DNA of 64,000 nucleotides from an uncultured Prochlorococcus sp. (GCA_902536545.1 CACAXS010000006.1:913-64912), one strand, 5' to 3'; shown: positions 41,966-53,439, counted from the first letter of the stretch. Notes: a model not told the origin generated them from the letters alone. Translations and numbers: made by a program.

Positions 41966-42905
41966 CTAAAAAACTATGTCCTATCGCTAAAGCTGTAACT
42001 AACATTCCAGTTATAAGGAAAGGTTGGGCACTTGCTTGATATTTGACATCAAACTTTAGAGGATCTCTTAGTAACCACATATCTTGAAATGTAATTTGTG
42101 GAATTACCAATAAAACCAAAATTACAGAGGCTAAATGTTGACCAATAATGACTAATACTACAACCATTGCTAATTGAAAAATGTCAATCAGTCCTGCACT
42201 TATTCTACTTGCATTTTTAATTCCAAATACTACTGGTAGAGAATTTAAGCCTAGCTTAGAGTCTCCTTCAATACTTTTGAAATCATTAATAACAGCAATT
42301 CCAAGTCCTGAGAGGCTATAAGCAAGTGTTAGTATCGCCGTCACGATAGTTAATTTCCCAAACAAGGCCTGTCCTGCCCACCAAGGTAAAGCTATATAAG
42401 ATGCTCCTAATGCATAATTTCCAAGCCAACCATTCTGTTTTAATTTGAGTGGTGGAGCAGAATATAAATAACTAACAAAGGAACCTCCTAATGCCAAAAG
42501 TAAGACGGATGGGAAGCTGTGCTTGGCATATAAATCTAATAAAAAAGCAACTATTAAACCCGCAATAAGTAATACCCAGATTTGTATTTTTACATCTTTA
42601 ATTGAAATTTTGCCAGAAGGAATTGGTCTATTTGGTTCATTAATCGCATCAATTTCTTTATCAAAAAAATCATTTATGGTTTGGGTATAACCAGCCAGAA
42701 GTGGTCCACTCATCAACATACATGCTAATGAAGCTAGAACATTACTAAATGTCCATTGAAAATTCCCACTTGCAGCTGCTCCACAAATAACTCCCCATAT
42801 CAAAGGGATCCACGTTATGGGTTTCATTAACTGTATACGGAGTTTCCATATACTTGATGTTTCAGAGGCACCCTTAATTCCTAATAGTTGTTTTGGATCA
42901 TTCAC
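41958..42905 (-). CDS. chlG: Chlorophyll synthase
   Basis: LMKPITWIPLIWG, NDFFDKEIDAINEP. Confidence 0.97.
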   Translation of the reverse strand: MNDPKQLLGIKGASETSSIWKLRIQLMKPITWIPLIWGVICGAAASGNFQWTFSNVLASLACMLMSGPLLAGYTQTINDFFDKEIDAINEPNRPIPSGKISIKDVKIQIWVLLIAGLIVAFLLDLYAKHSFPSVLLLALGGSFVSYLYSAPPLKLKQNGWLGNYALGASYIALPWWAGQALFGKLTIVTAILTLAYSLSGLGIAVINDFKSIEGDSKLGLNSLPVVFGIKNASRISAGLIDIFQLAMVVVLVIIGQHLASVILVLLVIPQITFQDMWLLRDPLKFDVKYQASAQPFLITGMLVTALAIGHSFLVA

Positions 42906-42913
42906 TTTACTCT

Positions 42914-43138
42914 TTAACCTTTCTCAATTTCTTCTGGGAAAAACCAATTTTGCTCACCATTCTGAAATTTTGCGGTGATCCCAATACTTCTGCCGTCTGT
43001 CATTTTATAGCCTGTTATTACGGCTTTAGAATTCGAGGATATTTGATCGATTAATTTAGCTGGTAGTCTATCTTTTACTTTGTTAATGTTAATTTTGATT
43101 TTACTACCGATTTTGGGTAATAATTTTGTTTCAGCCAT
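42914..43138 (-). CDS. petP: Cytochrome b6f-associated PetP / DUF2862
   Basis: GYKMTDG, WFFPEE; adjacent to chlG. Confidence 0.75.
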   Translation of the reverse strand: MAETKLLPKIGSKIKININKVKDRLPAKLIDQISSNSKAVITGYKMTDGRSIGITAKFQNGEQNWFFPEEIEKG

Positions 43139-43197
43139 AAGAGGTAAAATGGAAGCTATTATGCAAGATTAACAGCATTTGGACAATTTTTACTAAA

Positions 43198-43968
43198 ATG
43201 GTTGCTCTTCGTTTAATTCCTTGTTTAGATGTCGCCCATGGCAGAGTGGTTAAAGGTGTAAATTTTGTTAACTTGAGAGACTCAGGCGATCCTGTTGAAT
43301 TGGCCTGTAGGTATTCTGAAGATGGCGCAGATGAATTAGTATTCTTAGATATTAGAGCTAGTGTAGAAAATAGAAATACATTAGTCGACCTTGTCTCTAG
43401 GACCGCAAAATCAGTAAAAATCCCATTTACAGTAGGCGGAGGAATAGATTCTGTATCTTCAATTAATGATCTTTTAAGAGCTGGAGCAGATAAAGTAAGT
43501 TTAAATTCTTCTGCTGTTAGAAATCCAGATTTAATTTCTAGAAGTTCTAGAGAATTTGGTAATCAATGTATCGTGATAGCAATTGATGCAAAAAGAAAAG
43601 TTAATAAGACTTCTGAATGGGAGGTATATGTAAAAGGAGGGAGAGAAAATACTGGAATAGATGTATTAAGTTGGGCAAAGAAAGTTGAGGAGTTAGGGGC
43701 AGGGGAAATTTTGCTTACTTCGATGGATGGTGATGGCACGCAGAATGGATATGATTTACATCTGACTGAATCTGTTGCCAATATTGTTAATATTCCTGTG
43801 ATTGCTTCTGGAGGAGCAGGTTGTTTAGAAGATATCTATGATGTTTTTAATGAAGGCAGGGCATCTGCCGCACTTTTAGCATCATTACTTCATGATAAGA
43901 AACTTTCTTTAAGAGAAATAAAGACTTTCCTGCTCGAAAAAAAACTTCCAATTAGACCATATGAATAA
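43198..43968 (+). CDS. hisF: Imidazole glycerol phosphate synthase cyclase subunit
   Basis: [23 protein letters not shown]. Confidence 0.98.
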   Translation: MVALRLIPCLDVAHGRVVKGVNFVNLRDSGDPVELACRYSEDGADELVFLDIRASVENRNTLVDLVSRTAKSVKIPFTVGGGIDSVSSINDLLRAGADKVSLNSSAVRNPDLISRSSREFGNQCIVIAIDAKRKVNKTSEWEVYVKGGRENTGIDVLSWAKKVEELGAGEILLTSMDGDGTQNGYDLHLTESVANIVNIPVIASGGAGCLEDIYDVFNEGRASAALLASLLHDKKLSLREIKTFLLEKKLPIRPYE

Positions 43969-44012
43969 AAATTTAATTTAATACCAAAAAGAAATAAGTT
44001 AAAAATTTAAAA

Positions 44013-44714
44013 ATGAAATTCACAAAAACTATCGAAGTCAAAAATATATTTAATAAAATTTCTTATAAATATGACTTTTTGAATAATCTATTAAGTTTTG
44101 GACTGCACAGATTATGGAAAAGGAAATTAGTTAATTTATTGAAACCTTTAAATGGTGAAGATTGGGCTGATTTATGCTGTGGAACTGGAGATTTAGCATT
44201 CTTAATTTCTGAGAGAGTTAGTCCCAGGGGTTCAATTACTGGGATTGACAGTGCTGAGGATATCTTAAATATTGCAAAAAAAAAATCAGATCTTAAAAAA
44301 AATAAATTTATTAAGTGGGAAATTAAAGATGTATTAGAAATTAATGATTATTCAAAAAATTTTGATGGGATTTGTATGTCATATGGACTTAGAAACTTGA
44401 ATAATGTTGAAGAAGGAATAAAAAAAGTTTTTGATCTTTTGAAGGATAAGGGAAGGGCAGGATTTTTGGATTTTAATCACTCGACAAAAAATTCTTTATC
44501 CAATATTTTTCAGAAAATTTATTTGAGATTAATTGTAGTAACCATTTCGCGGCTTTTTAATTTAGGTCAAGAGTACGCATATATTGAAAAAAGTATTAGT
44601 AATTTTCCAAAGAAAAATAAGCTTATAAATATTGCTAGGGAAGTTGGATTTAAAAAAGCTGAATACAGGACTATTTTGGGGGGGCAAATGGGAATACTAA
44701 TTTTAACTAAATAA
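44013..44714 (+). CDS. menG: UbiE/MenG family quinone methyltransferase
   Basis: YDFLNNLLSFGLH, DLCCGTGD, YGLRN. Confidence 0.85.
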   Translation: MKFTKTIEVKNIFNKISYKYDFLNNLLSFGLHRLWKRKLVNLLKPLNGEDWADLCCGTGDLAFLISERVSPRGSITGIDSAEDILNIAKKKSDLKKNKFIKWEIKDVLEINDYSKNFDGICMSYGLRNLNNVEEGIKKVFDLLKDKGRAGFLDFNHSTKNSLSNIFQKIYLRLIVVTISRLFNLGQEYAYIEKSISNFPKKNKLINIAREVGFKKAEYRTILGGQMGILILTK

Positions 44715-44719
44715 AGAAT

Positions 44720-45205
44720 CTAGTTTTTTATTTTTCTCCAACAAAAAGAACACTTTCCCCATCTTTTGATTTCGCCCTCGGGAGTGGGGGAATTACAAAG
44801 AGTACAAATGCACATATTATTTTGATTGATTCTGCTTGGATGCTTTGCCCAAACTATCTTTGCATTAGTAGCTTTGATATTTTTATTTTTAATTTCATAA
44901 TTTTGTATTATTTTTATTTCATTCAAAGTTATTCCAATTTTCTCGATTCTCTCTTTTAATTTATGCTTGTTGTAAATTAAAGCTTGGCGCCACTGTGGAT
45001 GATTTACTGCAATAGTAAGTATTTTTTTTTCAATATTTAATGGTTTACATTCTTCAAATAGTTCTAAGCCGATTAAGTTCTTCCAGTTATCGTTGATTTT
45101 AGATAGTTTATCTAAGTCTCCGCAAGATTTTTTGAAATTATCAAGACAATTTTTTAATGGATGTGGATTCCTTCTATTAACTATTGGCAAATACTTTTTG
45201 TCCAA
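44720..45205 (-). CDS. DUF721/DciA family protein with Zn ribbon
   Basis: W..LIG, HPQWRQAL, CxxC...CxxC. Confidence 0.75.
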   Translation of the reverse strand: MDKKYLPIVNRRNPHPLKNCLDNFKKSCGDLDKLSKINDNWKNLIGLELFEECKPLNIEKKILTIAVNHPQWRQALIYNKHKLKERIEKIGITLNEIKIIQNYEIKNKNIKATNAKIVWAKHPSRINQNNMCICTLCNSPTPEGEIKRWGKCSFCWRKIKN

Positions 45206-45280
45206 TTTGTAAAATTTACTTATTAAGACTAAAGTTAATCTAATCTTTTAAAAGATGCTCGTTGTTTTAATAAAGAATTT

Positions 45281-46036
45281 GTGAAAGTTATTGGACCTGC
45301 AGCTAAGACAGTTTTTTATTTAAAAAAAATGCAGGGTCAATATCCAACTTGGACACTTCATTACAAAATAAAATGTAAAAGTACCGAAAATGAGCTAACA
45401 AACTTACTTGAAAATTCTGAAATAAAGAAAAACCAGCCAGTAGCTATAATCGCAAGAGAACAGTTCTTAGGTGTTGGTCAAAATTCAAAAACTTGGGTTT
45501 CTCCAAAAGGCGGGATTTGGTTAAGTGCAGCTTACCCAATATTTTCAAAAGAATTTGAATATCAAATATTTAATTTGTCTTTAGGTATTAAGTTATGTGA
45601 AATGCTTAGACAAGAGAATATAAATGTTTGCTTGAAATGGCCAAATGATATTTTTTTTGGTTCAAAAAAGTTGATTGGATTTTTACCAAGGGTGAGAACA
45701 AGAGGCAAAAAAATTATCTATGTAAGATTAGGACTTGGCATGAATGTTTTAAATCACACCCCATCAGAAGGTATTTCATTATCAAAAGTACTTCAGACTA
45801 AGAATATTAATCAACATTATTGGACAGCCAAAGTTCTTAAAGCTTTTCATGATTCAATTGAATGTAACAAGAAAAAAGAATATGTGATTAAATCTGCAAA
45901 TAAGTTTCTTACTAAAAGTTTTTTACCTAGTGGTTATTGTCCTGATTTATGGAAAATTAAAGATATTGATTCGAATGGGAATTTAAGAATTGAAAATGAA
46001 ACTCAACTGAAGGTAATTAGAAGGTTTTGTATTTAA
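45281..46036 (+). CDS. birA: Biotin--acetyl-CoA carboxylase ligase
   Basis: Q..G.GQ..K.W.SP, KWPND. Confidence 0.88.
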   Translation: MKVIGPAAKTVFYLKKMQGQYPTWTLHYKIKCKSTENELTNLLENSEIKKNQPVAIIAREQFLGVGQNSKTWVSPKGGIWLSAAYPIFSKEFEYQIFNLSLGIKLCEMLRQENINVCLKWPNDIFFGSKKLIGFLPRVRTRGKKIIYVRLGLGMNVLNHTPSEGISLSKVLQTKNINQHYWTAKVLKAFHDSIECNKKKEYVIKSANKFLTKSFLPSGYCPDLWKIKDIDSNGNLRIENETQLKVIRRFCI

Positions 46037-46719
46037 TTAACTTTTAATTCAACTATTCTTCCATCCTTAAATTTAGCTATTTTTTTTGCGCGATTTGCAA
46101 CTTCATCTTCATGCGTAACTAAAACTATAGTTATTCCAGATTCATGCAGTTTGTCAAAAAGATCTAATACATCTTCAGTGGTTTTTGAATCTAGTGCTCC
46201 AGTAGGTTCGTCTGCTAACAAAATTGCGGGGTTATTGATAATAGCCCTCGCAATAGCAACTCGTTGTTGTTGACCTCCGGATAATTGGTTTGGGCGATTA
46301 TTCATTCTTTCTGAAAGGCCAACTTTTTTTAGGGCATTCTCACCTCGCACTAATCTTTGCTCAGGCTCAATACCAGCATAAATCATTGGCAAAATTACGT
46401 TTTCAAGCGCAGTTGCATCTGAAAGAAGATGAAATTGTTGAAAAACGAAGCCTAATTTTTGGTTACGTATTTCCGCGAGCTCATCATCAGATAAATTCTC
46501 AACAGGAATACCATTTAATTTATATATACCTTCAGATGGTCTATCTAGACATCCAATAATATTCATAGCTGTACTTTTGCCTGAGCCACTTGCTCCCATT
46601 ACAGCTAAATAATCACCTTTATAAATTTCTAAATTTACGCTATCTAAGGCTTTGACAGTTAGATCCTCTTTCCCATATGTTTTAGTTATATTTTCTAAAC
46701 TCGCGACTTTCTTAGACAT
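46033..46719 (-). CDS. ABC transporter ATP-binding protein (LolD/MacB-like)
   Basis: GASGSGKST, LSGGQQQRVAIARA, DEPTGALD. Confidence 0.92.
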   Translation of the reverse strand: MSKKVASLENITKTYGKEDLTVKALDSVNLEIYKGDYLAVMGASGSGKSTAMNIIGCLDRPSEGIYKLNGIPVENLSDDELAEIRNQKLGFVFQQFHLLSDATALENVILPMIYAGIEPEQRLVRGENALKKVGLSERMNNRPNQLSGGQQQRVAIARAIINNPAILLADEPTGALDSKTTEDVLDLFDKLHESGITIVLVTHEDEVANRAKKIAKFKDGRIVELKVN

Positions 46720-46734
46720 TTATTGAAGAATCTT

Positions 46735-48255
46735 CTAGGAAATATTTTTTGCTGTAGCAATAATATCTTGTAAGAAAGGAGTTTCTGAAACTGCTGTATT
46801 GGCTAATTTAAAAAGAGGATTAGATAGGATTCCTCCAAGAGCAGTTACCGCCACGCAAGTATATAGTGCAATTCTCAAGGGAGGTAATCCTACAATTCCC
46901 CAATTAATTTCAGGATATGATTTGACTATTTCAGAAGCTTCCTGTGGTTCTTTAACTACCATCATTTTTATCACTGAAATGTAGTAATAAATAGATATAA
47001 CTGAAGTTACTAATCCAACAATTACTAGTAGATATTGATGATTTGCCCAACCTGCAAAGAACAAGTATATCTTTCCAAAAAATCCCAACATTGGAGGTAA
47101 ACCTCCAAGTGATAGAAGACAAAGGCTTAAGCCTAATGTTATGAGAGGATCTTTTTGGTAAAGTCCTGAGTAATCAAGAATTCTATCAGAACCAGTCCTT
47201 AGAGAGAAAAGTATTACACAAGAAAATGCACCCAAATTCATAAATAAATATGCAGCCAAATATAAAACAGCAGCTGATAAACCATCTTGTGTACCAGATA
47301 CTATTCCAATCATTACAAATCCTGCTTGTCCAATAGAACTGTAAGCTAGCATCCTTTTCATTGAGGTTTGAGCTAGAGCTACAACATTTCCTAGAGCCAT
47401 ACTCAATATTGCCAAAATGGTAAATAAAAGTTTCCATTCTTCGTCAAAAGAAGAGAAAGTTGTGCTTAATATTCTTATTGCAAATGCAAAACCCGCTGTT
47501 TTTGAACCAACAGATAAAAAAGCTACTACAGGAGTAGGCGAACCCTCATATACGTCAGGAGTCCATTGGTGAAAGGGAACAGCAGCAATTTTAAATGCAA
47601 CTGTTGATAGAACAAATACAAGTGCTAGTGATGTAATGAAGGATGGCTTATTGATAATCTCTAAACCTATTGTCGCTAAGTTTGTTGAACCACTTAATCC
47701 ATAAAGAAAAGAGGATCCATACAAATAGACAGCAGCAGCAGCAGATCCAACAAGGAGATATTTTAAGGCCGCTTCTGAACTTCTTGGATCTCTCTTGAGG
47801 TAACCAGAAAGTAAGTAGCTTGCTACAGATAAAGTTTCAAGAGATATAAATACACTAATAAGGTCAGTAGATCCACATAAAAGCATTGCCCCAAGGGTGG
47901 CCGAAAGAACTATCGCAGCAAACTCGCCAATTGGGCTACCACTTTGTTCTGTATACCGCCAACTTATAAGTAAAGATACCAAGGTTGATAGAGAAATTAT
48001 TGCTCTGAATGCGATTGCCAAATTATCTGAATCAAAGGACCCAAGGAATGCGCTTTCTACCGGATTACTCCATTGCAATGCCAAGCTAAAAAGAGAGCTT
48101 CCGATTGACAAATAGCAAATAATTGGTGCCCACTTTGATGCAGTTTTTTCTCCAGCTAAATCTACAAGAAGTGTTCCAACAATACCAAGTAAAATAAAAG
48201 CCTCTGGAATAATGGCTTGAGCATTTAAGTTAATTGTAAAGATGTCGTTGGGCAC
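46735..48255 (-). CDS. ndhB: NDH-1 subunit 2
   Basis: [29 protein letters not shown]. Confidence 0.97.
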   Translation of the reverse strand: MPNDIFTINLNAQAIIPEAFILLGIVGTLLVDLAGEKTASKWAPIICYLSIGSSLFSLALQWSNPVESAFLGSFDSDNLAIAFRAIISLSTLVSLLISWRYTEQSGSPIGEFAAIVLSATLGAMLLCGSTDLISVFISLETLSVASYLLSGYLKRDPRSSEAALKYLLVGSAAAAVYLYGSSFLYGLSGSTNLATIGLEIINKPSFITSLALVFVLSTVAFKIAAVPFHQWTPDVYEGSPTPVVAFLSVGSKTAGFAFAIRILSTTFSSFDEEWKLLFTILAILSMALGNVVALAQTSMKRMLAYSSIGQAGFVMIGIVSGTQDGLSAAVLYLAAYLFMNLGAFSCVILFSLRTGSDRILDYSGLYQKDPLITLGLSLCLLSLGGLPPMLGFFGKIYLFFAGWANHQYLLVIVGLVTSVISIYYYISVIKMMVVKEPQEASEIVKSYPEINWGIVGLPPLRIALYTCVAVTALGGILSNPLFKLANTAVSETPFLQDIIATAKNIS

Positions 48256-48430
48256 TTTATTAAATTGGATTAAATTAGAAGTTTGATTGTGAGGGTCTAG
48301 GAGTTAATCTTAACTTGATTATAATTTGTGGGTATGATTTTTGAAATTTTCAGAAGAAATTTCTTGAAAAAGCTTCAAATAATTATAATATCCCCTTACT
48401 GAACAAAAACACCAATTTTTGAAATAAACC

Positions 48431-51037
48431 TTGGATCACACACTTGTTATTGTTGAAAGTCCCACCAAAGCAAAAACTATAAGAAAGTTTTTGCCTTCTA
48501 ATTATGAAGTTCTCGCCTCAATGGGACATGTAAGAGATCTTCCAAAAGGAGCTGCTGAAATACCTGCTGCGGTGAAAAAGGAAAAATGGTCAAGGATAGG
48601 AGTTAATACAACGGAAGATTTTGAACCACTTTATATAGTTCCAAAAGATAAGAAAAAGGTTGTTAAAGAGTTAAAAGATGCATTGAAAGGTGCGACCCAG
48701 CTATTACTTGCAACTGATGAAGATAGAGAGGGAGAGAGTATTAGCTGGCATCTACTGCAAATACTTAAGCCTAAAATACCAACTAAGAGAATGGTTTTTC
48801 ATGAAATCACAAAAAAGGCAATTAATAAAGCTTTAGACCAAACAAGAGAAATTGATATGGAACTTGTTCAGGCTCAAGAAACAAGAAGAATCTTAGACAG
48901 GCTTTTTGGATATGAATTATCTCCTTTACTTTGGAAGAAGGTAGCCCCCCGACTATCTGCTGGTCGTGTTCAATCAGTTTCTGTAAGACTTCTTGTTAGG
49001 AGAGAGAGAGAAAGAAGATCCTTTAAAAAAGCTAGTTACTGGGGGATTAAAGCTTCCCTAGTAAAAGATAATATTAATTTCGAAACTAAATTATTCAGTT
49101 TAAACGGTCAAAGAATTTCTAACGGTTCCGATTTCGACGAACAAACCGGTAAATTAAAAGAAGGAAACAAATCTTTAATAATCGGAGAAGAACAAGTAAA
49201 TGATTTGTTTAAGACTTTTTCCTCAGAGGATTGGATAGTCTCGAAAATCGAAAAAAAGCCATCCACTCGTAAGCCAGTTCCTCCATTTACAACTAGCACA
49301 TTACAACAAGAAGCAAATAGGAAGCTTCGTTTGTCTGCAAGAGAAACTATGAGATGTGCACAAGGATTATATGAGAGAGGTTTCATAACATATATGAGAA
49401 CTGATTCAGTTCATCTCTCCGAACAAGCCACAAGAGCTGCTAGAGAATGTGTCAGTTCTATGTATGGAAAAGAATATTTATCTAACTCACCAAGACAATT
49501 TAATTCAACTGCAAGAAATGCTCAAGAAGCACACGAAGCTATTAGGCCAGCAGGTGAGGTATTTAAAACACCAAAGGAAACTAATCTAACTGGTAGAGAC
49601 TTATCACTTTACGATTTAATTTGGAAAAGAACTGTAGCTAGTCAAATGGCGGAAGCTAGGTTAACTATGATTAATGCTGAAATTAGCGTAGGAGATGGAT
49701 TATTTAAATCGAGCGGGAAAAGTATTGATTTCGCTGGATTCTTCAGAGCTTATGTCGAGGGAAGTGATGACCCAAGTTCATCCCTTGAACAACAAGAAAT
49801 TATTCTCCCAAACTTAACACCTGGAACATGTCTTGAAGTTACTAATAAGGAATCTACTTTTCATGAAACAAAACCTCCTGCAAGATATACAGAGGCTGCA
49901 TTAGTTAAAGTTCTTGAAAAAGAAGGGATTGGAAGACCTTCTACTTATGCCAGCATTATTGGGACCATAGTTGATAGAGGTTATGCGAATATATCTTCCA
50001 ATACTTTGGCTCCAACGTTTACAGCTTTTGCTGTTACTGCTCTATTAGAAGAACATTTTCCTGATCTGGTTGATACTACTTTTACTGCAAAAATGGAATC
50101 TTCATTGGATGAAATATCTTCAGGCAATCTTGAGTGGCTACCATACCTCGAAACTTTCTACAAAGGTAAAAATGGTTTGGAGGTAAAGGTTCAGAAAACA
50201 GAGGGTGATATTGATGGTAAAGCTTATAGACAAGTTGATTTCGAAGACCTCCCTTGCGTAGTCAGAATAGGCTCTAACGGACCTTGGCTAGAGGGTACAA
50301 AAATTGATGAATCTGGTAATGAAATTCAGGCTAAAGGTAATCTTCCAATGGATATTACTCCTGGAGATTTAGATATAAAACAAGTTGATCAAATCTTAAG
50401 TGGCCCATCGGATCTTGGAACTGATCCAAAAACTGGGGAAAAAGTATTTTTAAGATTTGGCCCCTATGGACCTTACGTTCAATTGGGAAATAATGATCAA
50501 GATAAAGCTAAACCAAGAAGAGCTTCATTACCCAAAGAGTTGAAAACTGATAATCTAACTCTAGATGAGGCTCTTGTACTTTTAAGTTTGCCTAGATTGT
50601 TAGGAGTTCATCCTGAAGGAGGAGTTGTTGAGGCTGATAGAGGAAGATTTGGCCCGTATATCAAATGGATTAAAAATGAAAATGAATCTGAAAACAGATC
50701 CTTAAAGAAAGAGGATGATGTTTTTACAGTTGATATAGAACGAGCATTAGAAATTCTTGCGATGCCAAAAATGGGTAGAGGTGGTCAAGAGGTACTTAAA
50801 GACTTTGGAAAACCGAAAGAATTTAAAGAAAAAATTCAAATATTAAATGGAAGATATGGCGTCTATTTAAAATGTGGCAAAACTAATGTTTCGATTGCCA
50901 AAGATACTGATATAGAAAAAATTACCATAGATGACGCAGTATCTCTTTTAGAAGAAAAACTAAAAGATAAAAAAGGCGCAATTTTAAAAAAAACAAAGAT
51001 TAGTAATAAAAAAACTACAAGGAAAAAGAAAAGTTAG
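48431..51037 (+). CDS. topA: DNA topoisomerase I
   Basis: VIVESPTKA, ATDEDREGE, SAGRVQS, ITYMRTD. Confidence 0.98.
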   Translation: MDHTLVIVESPTKAKTIRKFLPSNYEVLASMGHVRDLPKGAAEIPAAVKKEKWSRIGVNTTEDFEPLYIVPKDKKKVVKELKDALKGATQLLLATDEDREGESISWHLLQILKPKIPTKRMVFHEITKKAINKALDQTREIDMELVQAQETRRILDRLFGYELSPLLWKKVAPRLSAGRVQSVSVRLLVRRERERRSFKKASYWGIKASLVKDNINFETKLFSLNGQRISNGSDFDEQTGKLKEGNKSLIIGEEQVNDLFKTFSSEDWIVSKIEKKPSTRKPVPPFTTSTLQQEANRKLRLSARETMRCAQGLYERGFITYMRTDSVHLSEQATRAARECVSSMYGKEYLSNSPRQFNSTARNAQEAHEAIRPAGEVFKTPKETNLTGRDLSLYDLIWKRTVASQMAEARLTMINAEISVGDGLFKSSGKSIDFAGFFRAYVEGSDDPSSSLEQQEIILPNLTPGTCLEVTNKESTFHETKPPARYTEAALVKVLEKEGIGRPSTYASIIGTIVDRGYANISSNTLAPTFTAFAVTALLEEHFPDLVDTTFTAKMESSLDEISSGNLEWLPYLETFYKGKNGLEVKVQKTEGDIDGKAYRQVDFEDLPCVVRIGSNGPWLEGTKIDESGNEIQAKGNLPMDITPGDLDIKQVDQILSGPSDLGTDPKTGEKVFLRFGPYGPYVQLGNNDQDKAKPRRASLPKELKTDNLTLDEALVLLSLPRLLGVHPEGGVVEADRGRFGPYIKWIKNENESENRSLKKEDDVFTVDIERALEILAMPKMGRGGQEVLKDFGKPKEFKEKIQILNGRYGVYLKCGKTNVSIAKDTDIEKITIDDAVSLLEEKLKDKKGAILKKTKISNKKTTRKKKS

Positions 51038-51044
51038 AAAAAAT

Positions 51045-51611
51045 ATGATTTTTAAAAAAAAAGAATTTTTTTTATTAATTTTTTTAATTTTCTTGCAATC
51101 ATGCTCTGGAGGGAGGATTGGAAATTTTCTTGAAAGTAGTTTTAATGATTTAGAAAAAAAAGGCAAAAATGAAGATTTACAAAATAACTTATTAAATAAA
51201 AACGATATAAATTTAAAAAAAACAAGCAAAAATGAAGATTTACAAAATAACTTATTAAATAAAAACGATATAAATTTAGAAAAAGAAAACAAAAAATTTG
51301 AAGATAAAAAAAATAACAAAATTAAAAAAGTAGAAAAGCCAAAAAATTTTCCAGAAAATAAAAACGATATAAATTTAGAAAAAGATAACAAAAAATTTGA
51401 AGATAAAAAAAATAAAAAAATTAAAAATCTTCAAAAAAAAAGAAAAATTGAGCTTCAATCTTACAAAATAATATTAATTTTAAAAGATGTAGATCCAAAA
51501 GATCCCACTGAAGAGTTAAGTTCCAAATTAAGTAATTCTGAGGTAAATTTTGAAATAGAAAAGATTGAACGTATTTTAGATTCAAAAAATAAAAATATGA
51601 ATAAAAATTAA
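51045..51611 (+). CDS. Lipoprotein with Lys/Asn-rich internal repeats
   Basis: Lipobox FLQS-C after a hydrophobic signal. Confidence 0.7.
   Translation: MIFKKKEFFLLIFLIFLQSCSGGRIGNFLESSFNDLEKKGKNEDLQNNLLNKNDINLKKTSKNEDLQNNLLNKNDINLEKENKKFEDKKNNKIKKVEKPKNFPENKNDINLEKDNKKFEDKKNKKIKNLQKKRKIELQSYKIILILKDVDPKDPTEELSSKLSNSEVNFEIEKIERILDSKNKNMNKN
51163..51427 (+). repeat. Nested in-frame tandem duplications (63-nt and 99-nt periods)
   Basis: 51163-51215 identical to 51226-51278; 51257-51328 nearly identical to 51356-51427. Confidence 0.9.
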
Positions 51612-51631
51612 TTAAAAATATTTAACAAAAA

Positions 51632-52270
51632 ATGAAAATAACAACAAAAACTGAAGCATTAAATATTGTCGAGACCTCTTATTTAGCCTCTCTTTCGTCT
51701 TTATTATGGGTTGCATTATATTATCTGCCAATTGGGGGAGCTTTATTAAGGTTGATTTTACCCCTCCCAATGATCTTGTTGCACTTGAGAAGAGGAACTA
51801 AAATTGCATTGGAGGGACTTTTAATACAATTTCTACTTTTATTAATAATTATGGGTCCTGTAAGAGGAACTTTATTTTTATTTCCTTATGGTATCTTGGC
51901 TTTTTGGTTAGGTTGGTGTTGGTTTAAAGAAAAGAGTTGGAAACTTAGTTTAACTGGGGGAGTTGTTATTGGAACCCTTGGCTTCTTACTCAGAGTAATA
52001 GCATTATCTACTTTGGTTGGAGATAATCTTTGGGTGTTAATTATTAGAGCGAGTTATGGTCTAATAGAAAAGTTCATCGGATTGTTTAATTTACCCTTAT
52101 ATCCCTCAATTTTGAGTATACAATTAGGTGCAATTTTATTAATAATTTTTCAAGAAATAGTTTATGTTTTAACTGTACATGTAGTAGCATATTCTCTGTT
52201 TCCTAGATTTAAATTAACCATCCCAGGTCCTCCAAGATTATTAAATAGCTTATTTGATTTTAATAATTAA
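51632..52270 (+). CDS. DUF2232 membrane protein
   Basis: ETSYLA, YYLP.G, MGPVRG; multi-TM. Confidence 0.75.
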   Translation: MKITTKTEALNIVETSYLASLSSLLWVALYYLPIGGALLRLILPLPMILLHLRRGTKIALEGLLIQFLLLLIIMGPVRGTLFLFPYGILAFWLGWCWFKEKSWKLSLTGGVVIGTLGFLLRVIALSTLVGDNLWVLIIRASYGLIEKFIGLFNLPLYPSILSIQLGAILLIIFQEIVYVLTVHVVAYSLFPRFKLTIPGPPRLLNSLFDFNN

Positions 52271-52281
52271 AAAAAGTAAGA

Positions 52282-53439
52282 ATGTATATTAAAGATTTAG
52301 GGATAAATTTTTTTGGTAATGAATCCAATAAAAAAAGACAACTTAATAAGATAGAAATACTGAAAAAGAATATTAAAAATTTAAAAATATTTCTTATAAT
52401 CGCTGGCACTAATACATCTCAAATTCCAGGAATTTCTGCAGCAGGTATTAATGCAAAATCAAGGCGAACAACTGCGCTCGCAGATGCCGAATTTATGCTT
52501 GAGGGTGCTTCAAAAGATCATAAATATAAATTGCCTCTTCTCAATGCAGGAGTAACTCCGGCCCTAATCAGTCATGTTTGTTTAAAGCTTATAAAGATTT
52601 ATCCAGTTATTGTTCCTCTAGGAATAGGAACAAAGCCTTATTTTAATCATTTGGTTGTAGAAGATAGAAATTTGGGCCCATCAAATTGTCTTACTACTGG
52701 TAAATCGATGACTAAAGAGAGAGTTTTAAATCTCTATGAAAAAGGTCTTGCGACAGGAAAATCCTTAAAACAACCAGTTTTAATTTCTGAATCCGTACCG
52801 GGGGGCACCACAACTGCTCAGGCAGTAATGGAAGCTTTTGGTTTGAAGGTATCTAATTTAGTAGGGAGTAGTTTATTTAAAGCTCCAAGAGAACTAAGAA
52901 GAAAAGTAGTTAAAAGAGGACTTTTTAATGCAAATTTCAAGGCTGATTTCGACTCTTTTGATGTTGTCGCGGCGGTAGGCGATCCTTTCCAAGCTTTCTC
53001 AATGGGCCTATTAATTGGTACCAGGTTAGCAAAACAACCTGTAATATTGTCTGGAGGAAGTCAGATGTTAGCGGTCATTTTGCTTGTATTAGAATTTTTA
53101 GATGAAAAAAATAAAGATGAATTTATTGAAGATGTTTTTATTGCGACAACTGGGTGGCTTGTGAAAGATAATTCTCTAAATGATTTAGTAAATCTAATTA
53201 ATGAAAAATATGATGTCAAATTATTAGGTTTAGCCAGTCCTTTAAATTTCAAATCTTCAAAATACAAAGAATTGATGGATTATGAATTAGGTCATGTAAA
53301 AGAAGGTGTAGGTGCTGGTGGAATATCATTGCTTGCTTTCATAGATGGATTTAAAAATGAAGAAATAGTTTCATTGTGTCAACTAAATCTAGAAATGATG
53401 AAAGGCCTAGGTCAAATTTCTTTAGAGAAGGATTGCTGA
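52282..53439 (+). CDS. cobT: Nicotinate-nucleotide lower-ligand phosphoribosyltransferase (cyanobacterial/archaeal type)
   Basis: GISAAG, ESVPGGTTTA, VKEGVGAGG. Confidence 0.88.
   Translation: MYIKDLGINFFGNESNKKRQLNKIEILKKNIKNLKIFLIIAGTNTSQIPGISAAGINAKSRRTTALADAEFMLEGASKDHKYKLPLLNAGVTPALISHVCLKLIKIYPVIVPLGIGTKPYFNHLVVEDRNLGPSNCLTTGKSMTKERVLNLYEKGLATGKSLKQPVLISESVPGGTTTAQAVMEAFGLKVSNLVGSSLFKAPRELRRKVVKRGLFNANFKADFDSFDVVAAVGDPFQAFSMGLLIGTRLAKQPVILSGGSQMLAVILLVLEFLDEKNKDEFIEDVFIATTGWLVKDNSLNDLVNLINEKYDVKLLGLASPLNFKSSKYKELMDYELGHVKEGVGAGGISLLAFIDGFKNEEIVSLCQLNLEMMKGLGQISLEKDC

Noticed and set aside
51163-51427. Repeats considered as a CRISPR-like array
   Set aside because: In-frame coding duplications with irregular period, no unique spacers of constant length, and no cas genes
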